A stretch of 63,065 nt of DNA, filler included, from Octopus bimaculoides (taxonomy: Eukaryota), in the NCBI RefSeq assembly GCF_001194135.2. It is 7 parts of 7 records of this genome, joined end to end, with 100 filler letters (N's around TTAATTAATTAA, not from the genome) between each part and the next. Parts side by side here need not be neighbours in the genome. Positions count along the whole stretch, not along the records: positions 1 to 8,386 come from NC_068981.1; positions 8,487 to 37,485 come from NC_068994.1; 5 more parts are not named here. The stretch is one strand, 5' to 3'. Under the pieces are notes generated by a model. That model was not told the DNA's origin. It did not search any database and was given only the letters and a program-made list of their open reading frames with translations. This document shows, one piece after another, positions 1-14,020 of this stretch; position 1 is the stretch's first letter, and each line of letters begins with the position of its first letter. The position numbers and the translations under genes were made by a program.

Positions 1-46
<46 letters not shown>

Positions 47-1540
47 TGTATTTATAAGCCATGGTATCCATAAGGTCTCATGACTTCATTAGGCAACACT
101 CAACGCATGTCCTTTTACGCACTTTTACTCAATAAAAACTAAATTCCTTTTAAATGATAACGCTTTAAAATATGTGTTTCCGTTTTGAGAGCGATGGAAA
201 TTAAATGTACATAGTAAATGGGTTTATTTTCTTGTATCAGTACAGTACGGACAATCAGAATGAAAGTGTTAAATTATAAAGATTTGATATGTTTGAATTG
301 CACTGGTTAATGAAATAAAACCTTTATTCTCTGGCATAGATTATTAGAGTTGTTTATTATAATTTTTTATGTGCTGATTCCTAAATTGGCCCTAGATTTG
401 CTCTGCCACATCAGATTTTTGTGCCATCAGTATATAGTTTTACTTACCTGGAACATACCAAAAGTTAACTTTACCCCACTATTTGCGGGAATTTTGACTT
501 GATTATCATGTTAATTTTGAATATATTCAAGCTGAGTTTAGCTATAAGTATCTTCTGGTGTGGGTCATAATTAGAAGCAATCTATTTTAGTCGCTATATA
601 GTTAATTTTTTCTTTCAAATCCACTTCGTAGCTGTACACATTTTTTATTAGGTCAATATGCATGAGGCTGAGTTTACCTTTACCAAACCTCGCGATGCCG
701 TTATTTTCAGCTCCGTATTATTAGGCAACAGTATTGTTAGGCTTATGTAGATTGATGCATTAATATTCTACATCAACTGTTGGCCCTTGTTCTTTTACGC
801 GGTCTATGAAAAATAATATACTATACATTTGTGGCACAGCTGTAATTTATTTATAGGCTGAGTCTGATAAACAACTTCAATATTTAAGGGTAGGGTTGAT
901 CAGTTAATGCTTTTGTGAGCAATATTGGACCTAATATTAGAATCATGTGAAACAAACTTCCATTCATCTTCAAAGTCTTCAATGATTTTATAAAGCATTA
1001 TTATAGTAAGATCTTACTATTATAGAAAATTTCATTCATTGACATCAAATTGTAAATGTTCTAAAGATATTCCACTTTGTTTTCTTCACTTTCTCTTAAT
1101 CTCTCTCAAATTCATGTGTGTGTTAGTTTGTGTGTGTCTTTCTGAATGTGTCTGTGGGTGTGTGCGCATATATATCTCTAGGCATACGTTTTATACGGAA
1201 ATGTTTGACAGTAAATTTTAATCATTTTCTATCATACTCTATGTTTAGCAGATTTTCTAAATTTCCAAGGCTGTGGTTCAACAACTCTGCTGCCGTTATT
1301 TGGTAGAGAATTTTCCATTAGCCTTAAACACAGAAGCCAATATGAGACTAGGTTTACAAATTTTAAGATGAGCCCCTAGGAAAATTCAGGGGCATAATTC
1401 TTGAATAATAGTGAGATAGTTATACATACATAGACATATATTACATATGCACTTGAACATACATACACACCTAAAAACACACTCAGACATATGTATATAT
1501 ACATACATATATATATTTATATACATACATATGTATATAT

Positions 1541-1717
1541 ATTCTTTTATTCTTTTACTTAGTTCAGTCATGTGACTGCGGCCTTTAGTCGAATAAATCG
1601 ACTAGTGCTTATTCTATCGGCTTGTTTTACCGAACCGCTACATTATGGGGGAGTACACACACACCAACATCGGTTATCAAGCGATGGTGTGGGTGCACAC
1701 ACACATACACACACACA

Positions 1718-1759
<42 letters not shown>

Positions 1760-1910
1760 TGGGCTTCTTTCAGTTTCTGTCTACCAAATCCACTTACAAG
1801 GCTTTGTCGACCCGAGGCTATAGTAGAAGACAATTACCCAAGGTGTCACGCAGTGGGACTGAACCAGGAACCATGTGATTGGGAAGTAAGCTTCTTACCA
1901 CACAATCACT
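1541..1910 (-). mobile_element. tRNA-headed SINE family A (internal CA/TA microsatellite)
   Basis: Matches other copies in the window (core ttgggcaagtgtcttctactatagcc, tail gtaaaaga repeats). Confidence 0.85.
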
Positions 1911-2077
1911 GAAGTGTCCGAGCATGCACAAACGCATGTATTTAATAACTATTTAAACATTTTGTGGGTAAAATTAGCTTTGTGTCAAACTGTTGAAACA
2001 ATATTGAGGATACTTACCCAAACATAATATATTCTTTACACCTTTTCCTTTCAAGCACAGTAGAATAAACGCCAGCG

Positions 2078-2146
2078 TTCTTCTTCTTCTTCTTCTTCTT
2101 CTTCTTCTTCTTCTTCTTCTTCTTCTTCTTCTTCTTCTTCTTCTTC
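2078..2146. repeat. (TTC)n microsatellite
   Basis: Directly visible. Many other (TA)n, (CA)n, (TCTA)n, (TAG)n and (ATT)n tracts occur throughout, e.g. 2340-2458, 5745-5845, 6030-6140, 46000-46600 and 49340-50090. Confidence 0.95.
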
Positions 2147-2339
2147 CCTTTCCAGACTCCTTAATTCAATGCCTCTGGTTCTTTTCCTCCGCAACTCCTT
2201 GTTTTGGCTTCCCCAAACTACACTAATCAACATGTTTCATTAATGCCAAAAATACACTATTAAACCACATCTTTGGAAGTGCTAAACTCCACCCAAGAAG
2301 ATGAAACACAAAAAATAAAAATGCTTCTAAAATCAGATG

Positions 2340-2392
<53 letters not shown>

Positions 2393-2413
2393 GTATCTAT
2401 CTATTTATCTATA

Positions 2414-2459
<46 letters not shown>

Positions 2460-2857
2460 GTTCTCTCTATCGCCCTGTCTGTCTGTCTCTATATATAAAA
2501 CTTAATTGGAAATGGATGCGTGGCGTTCAATCATATAATAATATAAATAATATATAAATATACATGCATATATGCATAGATATATGGACATACTTACATA
2601 TATATGTATATACACGTTTATATATGGGCACAGGACTCCACATTACGTAAACAATATGAAATACGAAATACGAAAACATGGAATACGGTTTTTTTTTTGC
2701 GAACAACGAAAGAAACAAATGGAAAGCAAGACAAGCAAAATAAAAAAGTTACCCTCCATCAGTTGTCGGCTCATTTTCTACTTCGTATTTCGAGCAATTC
2801 ACGACAAGATACGTTTTCGACAAAACCGTTGCTCCCGCATATATATATATTTATATA

Positions 2858-3916
2858 TAGAGGCTCATCGCATAATTAATGCGTTTTTTTTTCTATTGCA
2901 TGAAATAAAAGTCTGGTTGACGAGATAACCTACCTGCATCAATTTGCTATAAAAGCAGGTAGTAATTTTACCTTGCGCTTATTGTTAGTACAAGTTTTCA
3001 AGAGTGCAGTTCGTTTTTAACAGCTATCTTTTTCTTTTTTTTTTTTTGAAATCTGTAATGGAAATGACAAAGGAACATATTCGACATATTTTTCTTTGAG
3101 TTCGATAAAGGCAACAAAGCAACGGAAAGTGCGAGGAATATTAATGCAGTATAGAGGAATCGAATAATAAGTGTAAGCCAGTGTCAATATTGGTTCCAGA
3201 ACTTTCGAGCCGCAAACTATAGCTTCGGAGGCGGGCCTCATCCTGGAAGATCTGTAGAACCCGACGAGGACGTCCTTAGAACTCTTGGTGGAACAAAATC
3301 CCATAGTAACTGTCGAGGAAGTAGCAGAGAAGTTTGCATTTGGTCATTCAACCATTCATTGACACCTGCGTGTCATCGGAAAAGTCAGCAACTTAGGTCA
3401 ATGGATTCCTCACAAACTTTCATTGACTAATCGTACGCAGAGAGTGAATGTGTACTCTTCTTTGCTGTCACCTCTCACGAATGAACCGTTTTTGGAGCAA
3501 GTAGTGAATGGTGACGACCATCTTTGGTTTCAAGATGAAAGGTGTTCTTCCATCAGAATAATGCTCGGCCACATACAGCGAGGATGACATTCCAAAGGCT
3601 GGAGCGGGTTGAATGGGAAAATATGCCCCGTTCACCTTCGCCGGACATTGCCCCATCTGATTAGCATTTATTCCGCAGTCTTCAAAATGATCTGGACGGA
3701 AAAAATATGAATTCTGTAGACGAGGTCAGAACTGTATTGGAGGAGTATTTTTTGTTACAGACAAAGGAATTTTGGAAGAGTCTAACAGATAGATGGAAGA
3801 GCATTGTAGAAAATGAAGGAGAGTATATTTTAGATTAAAAAAGCACTTTGTTTAATCTTAATTTTGAAAAATAAAAGAAGCATAAAAAACTGCATTATTT
3901 ATGGTATGACCCAATA
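2858..3916 (+). mobile_element. Decayed, internally deleted mariner (Tc1/mariner) DNA transposon
   Basis: Degenerate left TIR (tagaggctcatcgcataattaatgcg) matches the right end tgcattatttatggtatgacccaata. Broken frames give MEMTKEHIRHI (3058), WIPHKL (mariner WVPHEL motif), SPDIAPSD (YSPDLAPSD motif) and ...RWKSIVENEGEYILD*. Multiple stops and frameshifts. Confidence 0.9.
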
Positions 3917-3938
3917 TATAAATGTGTGTGTATGTGTG

Positions 3939-3972
<34 letters not shown>

Positions 3973-4695
3973 AGTGTGTGTGTGTGTGTGTGTGTTTGTG
4001 TGNNNNNNNNNNATATGTGTGTGTGTGTGTGTGTGTGTGAGTGTGTGTGTGTGTGTGTGTGTTTGTGTGTGTGTGAGGGTGTGTATACAGAGAGAGTGAG
4101 GGGGAAGCGAGCTAGGTTAGTGAAAAAAATAAGCATATAAAATGTATAATATAAATATCTAAGCTTTCTTACTATTTACCAATAAAACACTTTGTTGTAT
4201 GATGTCCATTAGTTTCTTATAGATAGCCACTGTAGTTGATAGTTGCCTCTCTTTTCTTTTCTTTTTTGATATCTTCATTATATTTATTTCTCTCCTGAGC
4301 CATTATCACAATAACTGATTTTCTTTTATTAGATACCATTGTAGGTGCTTTGGGTTAGTAGAAATGGTAAAGCGTCAAACAAAACGGTGTATTATATTTA
4401 ATGATCGACCTAAAGCGCTTTCATATTCTACTGTTGTCATATGTACCTTTCATCCATCCATGTTCGATAAAATAAAGCGCCGTTCATGCATTAGAATCGA
4501 TATGAGTGACATTTTTTTCCTCCTCCTACCTAAATGCTCTGGTTTCGTGGCCTATATAAGAAATCAATATTTATTTACCAGTGAGTGAAAACAATGGTCC
4601 GTGGTTGTAAATGCCGTTTCATTGTATTAATTAATTGTATTAATTAAAAGCTATTCATTTGTAGTTTTTTCTGTATTTATGCTAAATTCAAAGTA

Positions 4696-4901
4696 CAGTA
4701 ATCCCTTGCCATATCGCGGTTCACCTATCACGCACTGAGTACATCGCAGAATTTTCTGGCAAGTATATGTAAATTTATATCGGGACTCCTCAGTACAACG
4801 CGTGATTCTGCGACAGATGGGTATTTATATTTTTTTTAGATTTTAATAATTTCTGTGCGAGGTTTTGGAACATAACACCCGCGATATTCGAGGCATTACT
4901 G
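4696..4901. mobile_element. Tigger/pogo-like MITE
   Basis: TA|cagtaatcccttgccatatcgcgg ... ccgcgatattcgaggcattactg|TA: imperfect TIRs and TA duplication. Confidence 0.75.
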
Positions 4902-5746
4902 TAAATCAATATGATATGCATTGCATCAGTTCTTTTGTAGAAAGAAGAACTATAGAGGTAAGCTTCCAGCTTACCTTTAATCTAGTTTGCAAATCTGGTT
5001 CTCAAAGGGCCTTAAGCTTCTTCATATTTATTATCTATTCTATCTTATGTCAAAAGATGTATATAAAGACATCAATATATTTTGGTTATTACGTAATCTT
5101 TTTGGACTTAAATTGATTAATCCTATAATCTCCTATAATCTGCTGCGTTTCAGCCGTCACTGTATTCCACATTTGCCTTAACTAAGGACAATATTATCCT
5201 ATTTGTGTATACTCTGGACTACATTGCGTATGTTGAGTGCTACCTTGCTTATAATGAGGACCATATTGCGTTTATTGAAGATTGAGTAGTTGAAGTCCTC
5301 AGTAAATTAAAGCAGTGTGTGATTCAAGGGAAATTATCTGCGATTTCTAGCAAATAAGCAGCTCTATAGAGGCTTTCTTATTGTGTGTCTTGCTTCCATA
5401 TCTATTCTCAACATTGTTTATTTCTCTTTCAATGGTTGTTACTATTCCTTTATTTTTCTTCATTCTTATCAGTCGAAAGGTAGACAGTTTTTCTTACTTG
5501 TTTTTTTTTTCTTGAAGTCAGAAAAGATAAGGAAACAAACACAAATATTCACAAAGACGTCGACACAATGAAGTCGAAACTCATCAAATAATATTTAGTT
5601 CAGTTTTCCATAAACATAAGTTCGTTTTCTCGCTTTGGTTTGTTTGATTTTTCATTCGATAAAGTTCAGAATATGACAAAACAAAAATTAGGAATGGCAG
5701 ATAGGAAATGACCTTTCTTTAAATATTATTCTTATTATTATATGAT

Positions 5747-5804
<58 letters not shown>

Positions 5805-6060
5805 CAGTAGTAGTAGTAGTAGTAGTAGTTGTTGTTGTTGTTAGCGATGCTGTCAGATGATGTGCATGCCTGATGAACTGAAAGTTAATTCAATACAGTC
5901 TTCAAGTACTTTCCGGATGACAGAGCTGGTCAACAACAGAGTAATGTACACGCTCGCACTCACACGTTTATACACACACACACACACTTACATACACTCC
6001 TCACACACACACACAGTGTTAGAAAGACAGACAGACACTCAGATAGATAGACAGACAGAC

Positions 6061-6111
<51 letters not shown>

Positions 6112-6539
6112 AACAGATATAGATAGATAGATAAATAGATAGATAACTTTCTTTTATTAGCCACACAGGGCTGCACACAGAGGGGACAAATACAACTGTA
6201 GAGCTTTTCTTTAAGAAAAAANNNNNNNNNNAAAAAAAAAAAAAAAAATCCGATCAAAAGGGATCGGTAGGGGCCAAAAAAAAATGGGGGTATCGTATAT
6301 CACAGAAGATAGATAGATAGATAGATAGATATATAGATAGATAGACGTGATATGAAGCTGAGGAGTGAAACTCGAGAGGAACTGGAAAAGAAACAAAACG
6401 TTAATATATATGAGACATTTCACAAAACAAAGTTATTTCTTGTTGGTTCTGTTGCGTCTATTATAATTTGTTCGCCTTCGATATCACCCCATCCCTGATA
6501 TTAATCGAATTGTTGACAAGATTGTTGTATTGCATCACC

Positions 6540-6627
6540 TTAGTCATCACTATCATCATCGTCGTTGTCGTCGTCGTCATCTTCCTCGTCATTATCATCC
6601 TTTGCCCATCCTCTGATTATTGCTGCC

Positions 6628-6711
<84 letters not shown>

Positions 6712-6756
6712 TCTCTTCTTCTTCTTCTTCTTCTTCCTTTTCTTCTTCTTCTTCTT

Positions 6757-6787
<31 letters not shown>

Positions 6788-6802
6788 TTGTTATTATTAT
6801 TA

Positions 6803-6852
<50 letters not shown>
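6540..6852. repeat. Compound trinucleotide microsatellite (ATC/GTC)n...(ACT)n(GCT)n(TTC)n(ATT)n
   Basis: Directly visible; it produces the homopolymer ORFs in the track. Confidence 0.95.
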
Positions 6853-6879
6853 TCCTTTTGAAGTGGAAATTGAAAAAGT

Positions 6880-8007
6880 CGATGAGGCCTTGAGGGCTTG
6901 GTCTTCAGTCCTTTTAATGTCGACCATCATACTACCTCCTTCACCATAGCCACCAGACAGAAGAAAATAACTTTCCGTCCCGGCCAAAGGAAGGTGGTGT
7001 GGTGATCTTCACGGTGGACTCGGCTGATAACCGGATCCATCCTACACGCCTGTTCGGCAAAGCTCCATAAGACAGTAATGCACGGACACCGGACGAGTGC
7101 TTGCAGGACTGTTTCATCGCTCTGCACACACCTAAGATAGGTCTGTATGTCAGCTCTTCCGTATCTGTAGAGTTTGTCTCGAACCGGTGAAGCTCCCCGG
7201 TAGCACTGTCAGGCCAGGGACTTCTGGAAGTTATCCATAGGCCCTGGTCGAAAGTCATCCGGAAAAGACCAATTAATTGATCTCTCCCGACGTCACTAAT
7301 TCTCAAAAGAACTCCATAGTGGAACTTCCGCAGTCTGAATTGCCCGACGAGCAGAAATTTGTGAGCGCTTGCCGAAAATGCACGTGTGGAGCGCCCATTC
7401 TTGGCTTACGCTTGATCCAGGACTGCAGCTCCGTCAGTGAGACGAGCATCCGAAAATCTTGCCTAACAAACGGCGCCCATATCCGCTCACCGTTAAGGAA
7501 ACGCTGGAGATTTAGCAGCCTCTGTGCGTGTCTATGCATCATTAGCCACGACATGCCCAGTCTTCCATTCAGCGGCTGTTGATAGCAGATAGACTGTTTG
7601 ACGAGCGGAACACTTCTCTTCCACAGTAAGCAGAAGACCAAGCGCTCCAGCTTGATCTGGCACGGAGTGTGCGAAGAGACGACGGTCATTTTTCTCCACC
7701 TGTACCCGACCCTTCTGGGACAGCTTCCTCTCAGCCCATTCCTGGGTGAGGCTGGCCACTCTACTCATCACCTCCCACCAGTTCTTGTCCACTTGGAAAT
7801 CTGCACCAAACCAGAACCTGAGTAATTTAGTCGTTCCTCCCGTCCAGTACCCTACAACGCTGTCGGTTGGCATGGATCTACCTCTCCAGGTGCTGAGAAG
7901 CAGACCCATCGACTTCTGTAGGTTAATCTTTGCTCTTGTCACTACTTCGTACTTCTTTAGAAAAGTTCCGGCCACCCCGATTTCCGAGATGTCCGACGAA
8001 CAAAAAT
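6880..8007 (-). mobile_element. 5'-truncated L1/Tx1-clade LINE remnant (end of RT plus zf-RVT C-terminus)
   Basis: Frameshifted minus-strand frames RAKINLQKSMGLLLSTW..., LVFCLLWKRSVPLVKQSICYQQPLNGRLGM..., and CCHC-like RCVQSDETVLQALVRCP. GC-rich island against the background. Confidence 0.85.
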
Positions 8008-8344
8008 AGTTAAATCAATCTCTTTTACAAAAACTATAAGACGATCTTCATTTTAGTTCATTTTGACTTCAAATTTACTAGGGAGAAGGCATCAAACATT
8101 TATTCGAGTATATATTCCTTTCGTCGGTAAGTTATCAAATTCACGTTGCCGAACCGCAAAGTTAATCAAAGAACTCAGACAACGTTGGGTTTTAAACCTA
8201 AGTGAACCAATAGAAACATAGTAACATGCACATATATATATACTCATGCACACACATGCACTCTCATATACTCATACACACATATAGATTCTCATGCACA
8301 CATGCTCTCAAACAGCTCCTCACAAACCCGCGCGCACTCACATA

Positions 8345-8386
<42 letters not shown>

Positions 8387-8430
8387 NNNNNNNNNNNNNN
8401 NNNNNNNNNNNNNNNNNNNNNNNNNNNNNN

Positions 8431-8442
8431 TTAATTAATTAA
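8431..8442. other. Assembly linker TTAATTAATTAA inside 100-nt N gaps (also 37530, 46663, 48771, 54233, 58500)
   Basis: An identical palindromic 12-mer (stops in all six frames) sits centred between 44-N runs six times; scaffolding artefact. Confidence 0.95.
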
Positions 8443-10489
8443 NNNNNNNNNNNNNNNNNNNNNNNNNNNNNNNNNNNNNNNNNNNNTCTGTCTATATCTA
8501 TCTGTCTGTCTGTCTATATCTATCTGTCTTGTCTATCTATATTTATCTACCTCTCTCTCTCTGCATGTGTGTATGTGTAAATGGAGTGTATGTAATGGAC
8601 ACGGATATTACTGTTTATTACAACTTTTCATTATGTATAGATTTCATTTCTAATAAATGGTTTGTGTATGTATTCGTGCACATTCTTTCTCCACCGAAGC
8701 GTTAAACTGACATCGTATTTGTCAAATTGTCTTGTGTACTATTACGTTAAGGTAATCCTGGAGGATTGTTTCACACGAAAAAGATAAACTTAAGTGAACA
8801 TGTTTAGATTCCCCCCCCCCTTTTATGTTTTCGTATTCAATTTGTCTACTTCCTACAGCATTATGATGTTTCAAGTTATGGGTGACGTTAGTGTTGTCCG
8901 TCGTGACGTATATATTACTTACTCTTGCTGATGATAAAATAATGGGGGTTTAATTCAGACTTCCGTCTCTTCACATAGCTCAGTTAACACCCATCCCCTT
9001 CTATAAATTTTTTGTCTTATAGTCAGTCACAATTATATTTGATGCAGCGCTCGTGACCATGCTGTTTATTCGAAGATTTAATAGCTCAACCACCTTGCCG
9101 TTTTAAACTCTAGTTGTTTAGCCATAGGCAAGTCTCGGTCGAGTAAACGTATAATAAAAAGTATTTCAACCAAGACAATTCTGTCCTTTTTTTTTTTTCA
9201 AATCAGACAGCTTATATCTGACCACAGAAGCTCCTTTTTATGGTTTGACCTTGCTTCTTACGACAGTCTTCGAAAAGAGCGAGTGACAAATAACAGCCAT
9301 AAATGAAGTCCAGGTTTTAAATTTCTGTTTTAGATCAGGTTTAATTATGTCACGTGTTCTTTTAATGACTGTCTAAACTTTTCAGTCACCTTGGATTTGC
9401 GTCACCTTGGATGCGCTTGCAATGTTTATACATTACTTTTAACATTAAAAAAAAAAACGGTCACAAGTTGTTGGCATATGCTATATTCACATTGCTGTAA
9501 TCCTCTTCCGGTTCTTTTGTCTTTTGCATGTTTCAGTCATTGGATTGCGACCATACTGGGGCACTTTTCTTAAAGTTTGGTATTTATTCTATCGGTCTTT
9601 TCTGTCGAACCATTAGGTTACGGGGACATAAGTTGACCAACCCCTGTTGTCGAGCGGNNNNNNNNNNNNNNNNNNNNNNNNNNNNNNNNNNNNNNNNNNN
9701 NNNNNNNNNNNNNNNNNNNNNNNNNNNNNNNNNNNNNNNNNNNNNNNNNNNNNNNNNNNNNNNNNNNNNNNNNNNNNNNNNNNNNNNNNNNNNNNNNNNN
9801 NNNNNNNNNNNNNNNNNNNNNNNNNNNNNNNNNNNNNNNNNNNNNNNNNNNNNNNNNNNNNNNNNNNNNNNNNNNNNNNNNNNNNNNNNNNNNNNNNNNN
9901 NNNNNNNNNNNNNNNNNNNNNNNNNNNNNNNNNNNNNNNNNNNNNNNNNNNNNNNNNNNNNNNNNNNNNNNNNNNNNNNNNNNNNNNNNNNNNNNNNNNN
10001 NNNNNNNNNNNNNNNNNNNNNNNNNNNNNNNNNNNNNNNNNNNNNNNNNNNNNNNNNNNNNNNNNNNNNNNNNNNNNNNNNNNNNNNNNNNNNNNNNNNN
10101 NNNNNNNNNNNNNNNNNNNNNNNNNNNNNNNNNNNNNNNNNNNNNNNNNNNNNNNNNNNNNNNNNNNNNNNNNNNNNNNNNNNNNNNNNNNNNNNNNNNN
10201 NNNNNNNNNNNNNNNNNNNNNNNNNNNNNNNNNNNNNNNNNNNNNNNNNNNNNNNNNNNNNNNNNNNNNNNNNNNNNNNNNNNNNNNNNNNNNNNNNNNN
10301 NNNNNNNNNNNNNNNNNNNNNNNNNNNNNNNNNNNNNNNNNNNNNNNNNNNNNNNNNNNNNNNNNNNNNNNNNNNNNNNNNNNNNNNNNNNNNNNNNNNN
10401 NNNNNNATCATTTGACAAACAATTCTTCAGAGGAGTGCCCCAGCATGGTTGCAATCTAATGACTGAAGCAAGTAAATGATAAAGATGTA

Positions 10490-10526
<37 letters not shown>

Positions 10527-11691
10527 GCAGCAAGCTGGCAAAATCATTAGCGCTCCCAACGAAATCCTTAGTAGTATTTTGCCCTTTGCTATGTTCTGAG
10601 TTCAAATTTTGCCGAGGTTGATTTTACCTTTCATCCTTTCAGGGTCGATAAAATAAGTACCAGTGAAACACTGGGGTAGAGGAAATCGACTTCTCCCTTC
10701 CCTTAAAATTTCTGCCCTTGTGACAAAATTTGAAACCAGTATTATTATTATCATTATTAGAAGCAGCAGCAGAAGTTAGTGACTCAAGGGCTAGGAGTTT
10801 CATGTATTGGCACTTACCACAGTAACTTCTGCCAATTATTAATAATTAAAACATATACTTATGTTTTGAGTTCTGTTTTCCTGTTTGTATCACCAAACCT
10901 ATACACAAACTCACACGCACACAAAGTAGAGATGACAAAGGAATTCTCTTACCTTTGTTGATGTGCCAAAGAGGATTACTTTGCATCCAGAACTGCTATA
11001 TATAGCTATCTGCTATATCTTCTTTGAAAACATTGGTTAATCTAATCTTCGATGCACACACCTTGATAAAAGATGGGATGCTTACAGTCAGAATGATCTT
11101 GATAAGTCTGCTCAGTAAAAACAGATCTGGAGTAAACCGTATTTTCCCCCTTTTGCATGTGTGTGTGCATGTTCATACCACCCCCTCCCCCAGTCTGTCA
11201 TACCGGCCATGACGAAGGGAAATAGCCCTGAAACTTGAGTCGCCTTTATATATTTATATTTATATATTTGATCCTTTATATTGAACACTCAATATTTCAT
11301 CTACATTCAATACTTTATTTCATGGTGCCATCCATTTTTATTTTATTTTATTTTATATTATATATTGTATATTATATTATATATTGTATATTNNNNNNNN
11401 NNNNNNNNNNNNNNNNNNNNNNNNNNNNNNNNNNNNNNNNNNNNNNNNNNNNNNNNNNNNNNNNNNNNNNNNNNNNNNNNNNNNNNNNNNNNNNNNNNNN
11501 NNNNNNNNNNNNNNNNNNNNNNNNNNNNNNNNNNNNNNNNNNNNNNNNNNNNNNNNNNNNNNNNNNNNNNNNNNNNNNNNNNNNNNNNNNNNNNNNNNNN
11601 NNNNNNNNNNNNNNNNNNNNNNNNNNNNNNNNNNNNNNNNNNNNNNNNNNNNNNNNNNNNNNNNNNNNNNNNNNNNATATATATATATATA

Positions 11692-12045
11692 CTTTTACTT
11701 GTTTCAGTCATTTGACTATGGCCATGCTAGAGCACCGCCTTTAGTCGAGCAAATCGACCCCAGGACTTATTCTTTGTAAGCCTAGTACTTATTCTATCGG
11801 TCTCTTTTGCCGAACTGCTAAGTGACGGGGACGTAAATACACCAGCATCGGTTGTCAAGCAATGTTGGGGGGACAAACACACACACATATATATACGACA
11901 GGCTTCTTTCAGTTTCCGTCTACTAAAATCCACTCTCAAGGCTTTGGTCGGCCCGAGGCTATAGTAGAAGACACTTGCCCAAGGTTCCACACAGTGGGAC
12001 TGAACCCAGAACCATGTGGTTGGTAAGCAAGCTACTTACCACACA
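11692..12045 (-). mobile_element. SINE family A
   Basis: Near full-length match to the copies at 18237 and 32442. Confidence 0.9.
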
Positions 12046-12845
12046 ACATACTGAAACAAGTAAGACAAAACATTTATACAGACACATATATATCTATATA
12101 TACACACGTCATTTAAAGAGCAACCAACACACTCTGTAAAGTGGTTGGTGTTAGGAAGGGCATTCAGCTGTAGCAACCGAACCAAATCAGACTGGAACCT
12201 TGTGCAGCTCTCCTGCTTGCCACCTCTGGTCAAACTATCCAACCCATGCTAGTATGGAAAACAGATGTTAAATGATGATGATATCTGTGCATGTGTGTGT
12301 GTACATATATATGTATCATTTAATATACATTGCATCTAAATATGAGCTACTTTTAGTTTCATGCTGTGGTAACAATAAATTTACCTATTAATACATCATG
12401 CCCTTTGCCTCTAAGCAATCCTTTAGGATGGCCTCAATCTGACCTCATCTGAAAACTTATCTCTAGGATATCCTGCTAGAAGAATTGTCACCCTGCCAAA
12501 GTCGGTGGGAGGGAGGGTACAACTGTTCAGGTGACTCCCTCTTTTATCTTAATATATAAAACAGAGTTTGTGTGTGTGTGTGTGCATGTATGTTCCTTAT
12601 GGATTTGAAAACTGAGTTGCTAGTTTTGACGTATGAGATATCAAGATTCAGTAATCTTTCAGCTACCAAATAAAGTATGTTTTTTGCACAACGGTTCTTT
12701 TTTACTACAAAAATAACCACAGAAACAAAGTCAAGTCACACAATTTTGAGGTCTTTAGCTGAGGGAGGCAACTCTGCCTGAATAATAATTTTTCAAGAAA
12801 TGTGGACATCTTTCTTACTGCTAACCATTCAACTTTAAATTACAG

Positions 12846-12942
12846 TTGTTAATTGTAGGAAGTCAAGCAGACCGAGATGTACATATAGTGTTATTGTATA
12901 AAGTGGAAGTTCAATACAAAGTTTTGAACTCCTTATCTTGTG
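12846..12942 (+). CDS. Candidate internal exon (LLIVGSQADRDVHIVLLYKVEVQYKVLNSLSC)
   Basis: ttacag| acceptor (alternative gtag| at 12859), open frame, donor G|GTTAGT. Phase-compatible with 15313-15354. Resembles the C-terminal strands of a Nudix fold. No transcript evidence. Confidence 0.3.
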
Positions 12943-13392
12943 GTTAGTAATCCATTACCTTAAATTTGAAGCCATTAAGTCTTTAAACATTATTTTATTG
13001 GGTTTAGTCTTTTGACTGTCGTCATGATGGGGTATCACATTCAAAAATTTGATTAATCATACTGATCTCAGTACGTATTTCAATCTGGCATTTATTCTAT
13101 AGATCTCTGCTTGATGAACTGCTAACTTTGAGACAGTGGGACACAATACTTAATTAAACAACAAATGTAAACACACACATATTAGGTGCAAGAATAACTG
13201 TGTGGTTGAGAAGTTTGCTTCCCAACCACATGGTTCCACATTCAGTCTCTCCGCATGATACCTTGGGCAAGTGTTTTCTACTATAGCCCTAGGCCAACCA
13301 CAGACTTGTGACTGAATTTGGTAGACAGAAACTGTAGCATTGTTTATCAGAAAATGACCAAAAAAACATGTTTATAAAGAAGAGTTGTTTAC

Positions 13393-13568
13393 TTCATACT
13401 CCTCCTGTGCCAATTCTGCCCATAAGAAAGGGTCAAATAATACAATGTAGTTGTAGGTCATAACACTCGGGCAACGCCAGGATGCATTGCTAGTCTTTAA
13501 ATATATCTTGACACTTAATACTCTCAGACCTGGGCTCTTGTGCCTAACTTTATCCACCTCATGGGCTC
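13393..13568 (-). CDS. Candidate internal exon on minus strand (AHEVDKVRHKSPGLRVLSVKIYLKTSNASWRCPSVMTYNYIVLFDPFLWAELAQEEYE)
   Basis: cttgtttactcag| acceptor, 176 nt open (phase 1-0), donor GAA|GTAAAC, locally higher GC. A plus-strand frame over the same bases is also open with AG/GT ends, so the strand is ambiguous. Confidence 0.3.
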
Positions 13569-14020
13569 CTGAGTAAACAAGAATAAGTAGTTTCATATAC
13601 AGCAGCTGAAGAGTAATGATTGCAGGCAAACTAATGGACAGAACTGACTGCATCTTCTTTTTCTACGTGTATTGTTTCATTACTGCTTTACTGGGAATCT
13701 GGCAAAGATGATTCTTAACCTATTCCCGCTATAGTGGGAATACGGCATAAGAAGGTTAAATGTTCACACAAGAGTTCATTATTTTTAAATCCAGGTCTTA
13801 GCACACTTTCTGTTTTTCATTTTAAAATTTTGTTATTGTGACCAGCATACTTTAGAAAAAATTACAATTAATTGAACTTCATATGGTTTTTCATTCCTTT
13901 TTACAAATTGCTGGACAGATATATAGTTACTTGGCTTTTTAGTCATTTCTTTTTAGCTCTCAATGAAAATGAGGACTTGTAAATGACATAAATCATACAC
14001 ACACACACACATAAATATAT

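Noticed and set aside
6468-6987. Homopolymeric ORFs (poly-T/S/Y/L/K), and YIYI/CVCV/HTHT/SIYL ORFs elsewhere
   Set aside because: Translations of microsatellites with no coding evidence.
9528-10559. Long ORFs of 270-436 aa here and at 52886-53943, 55151-57726 and 60713-61502
   Set aside because: Composed almost entirely of N (X) residues.
12846-12875. LLIVGSQAD as a small-GTPase G4 motif
   Set aside because: No G1/G3 motif exons found and NKxD is not matched.
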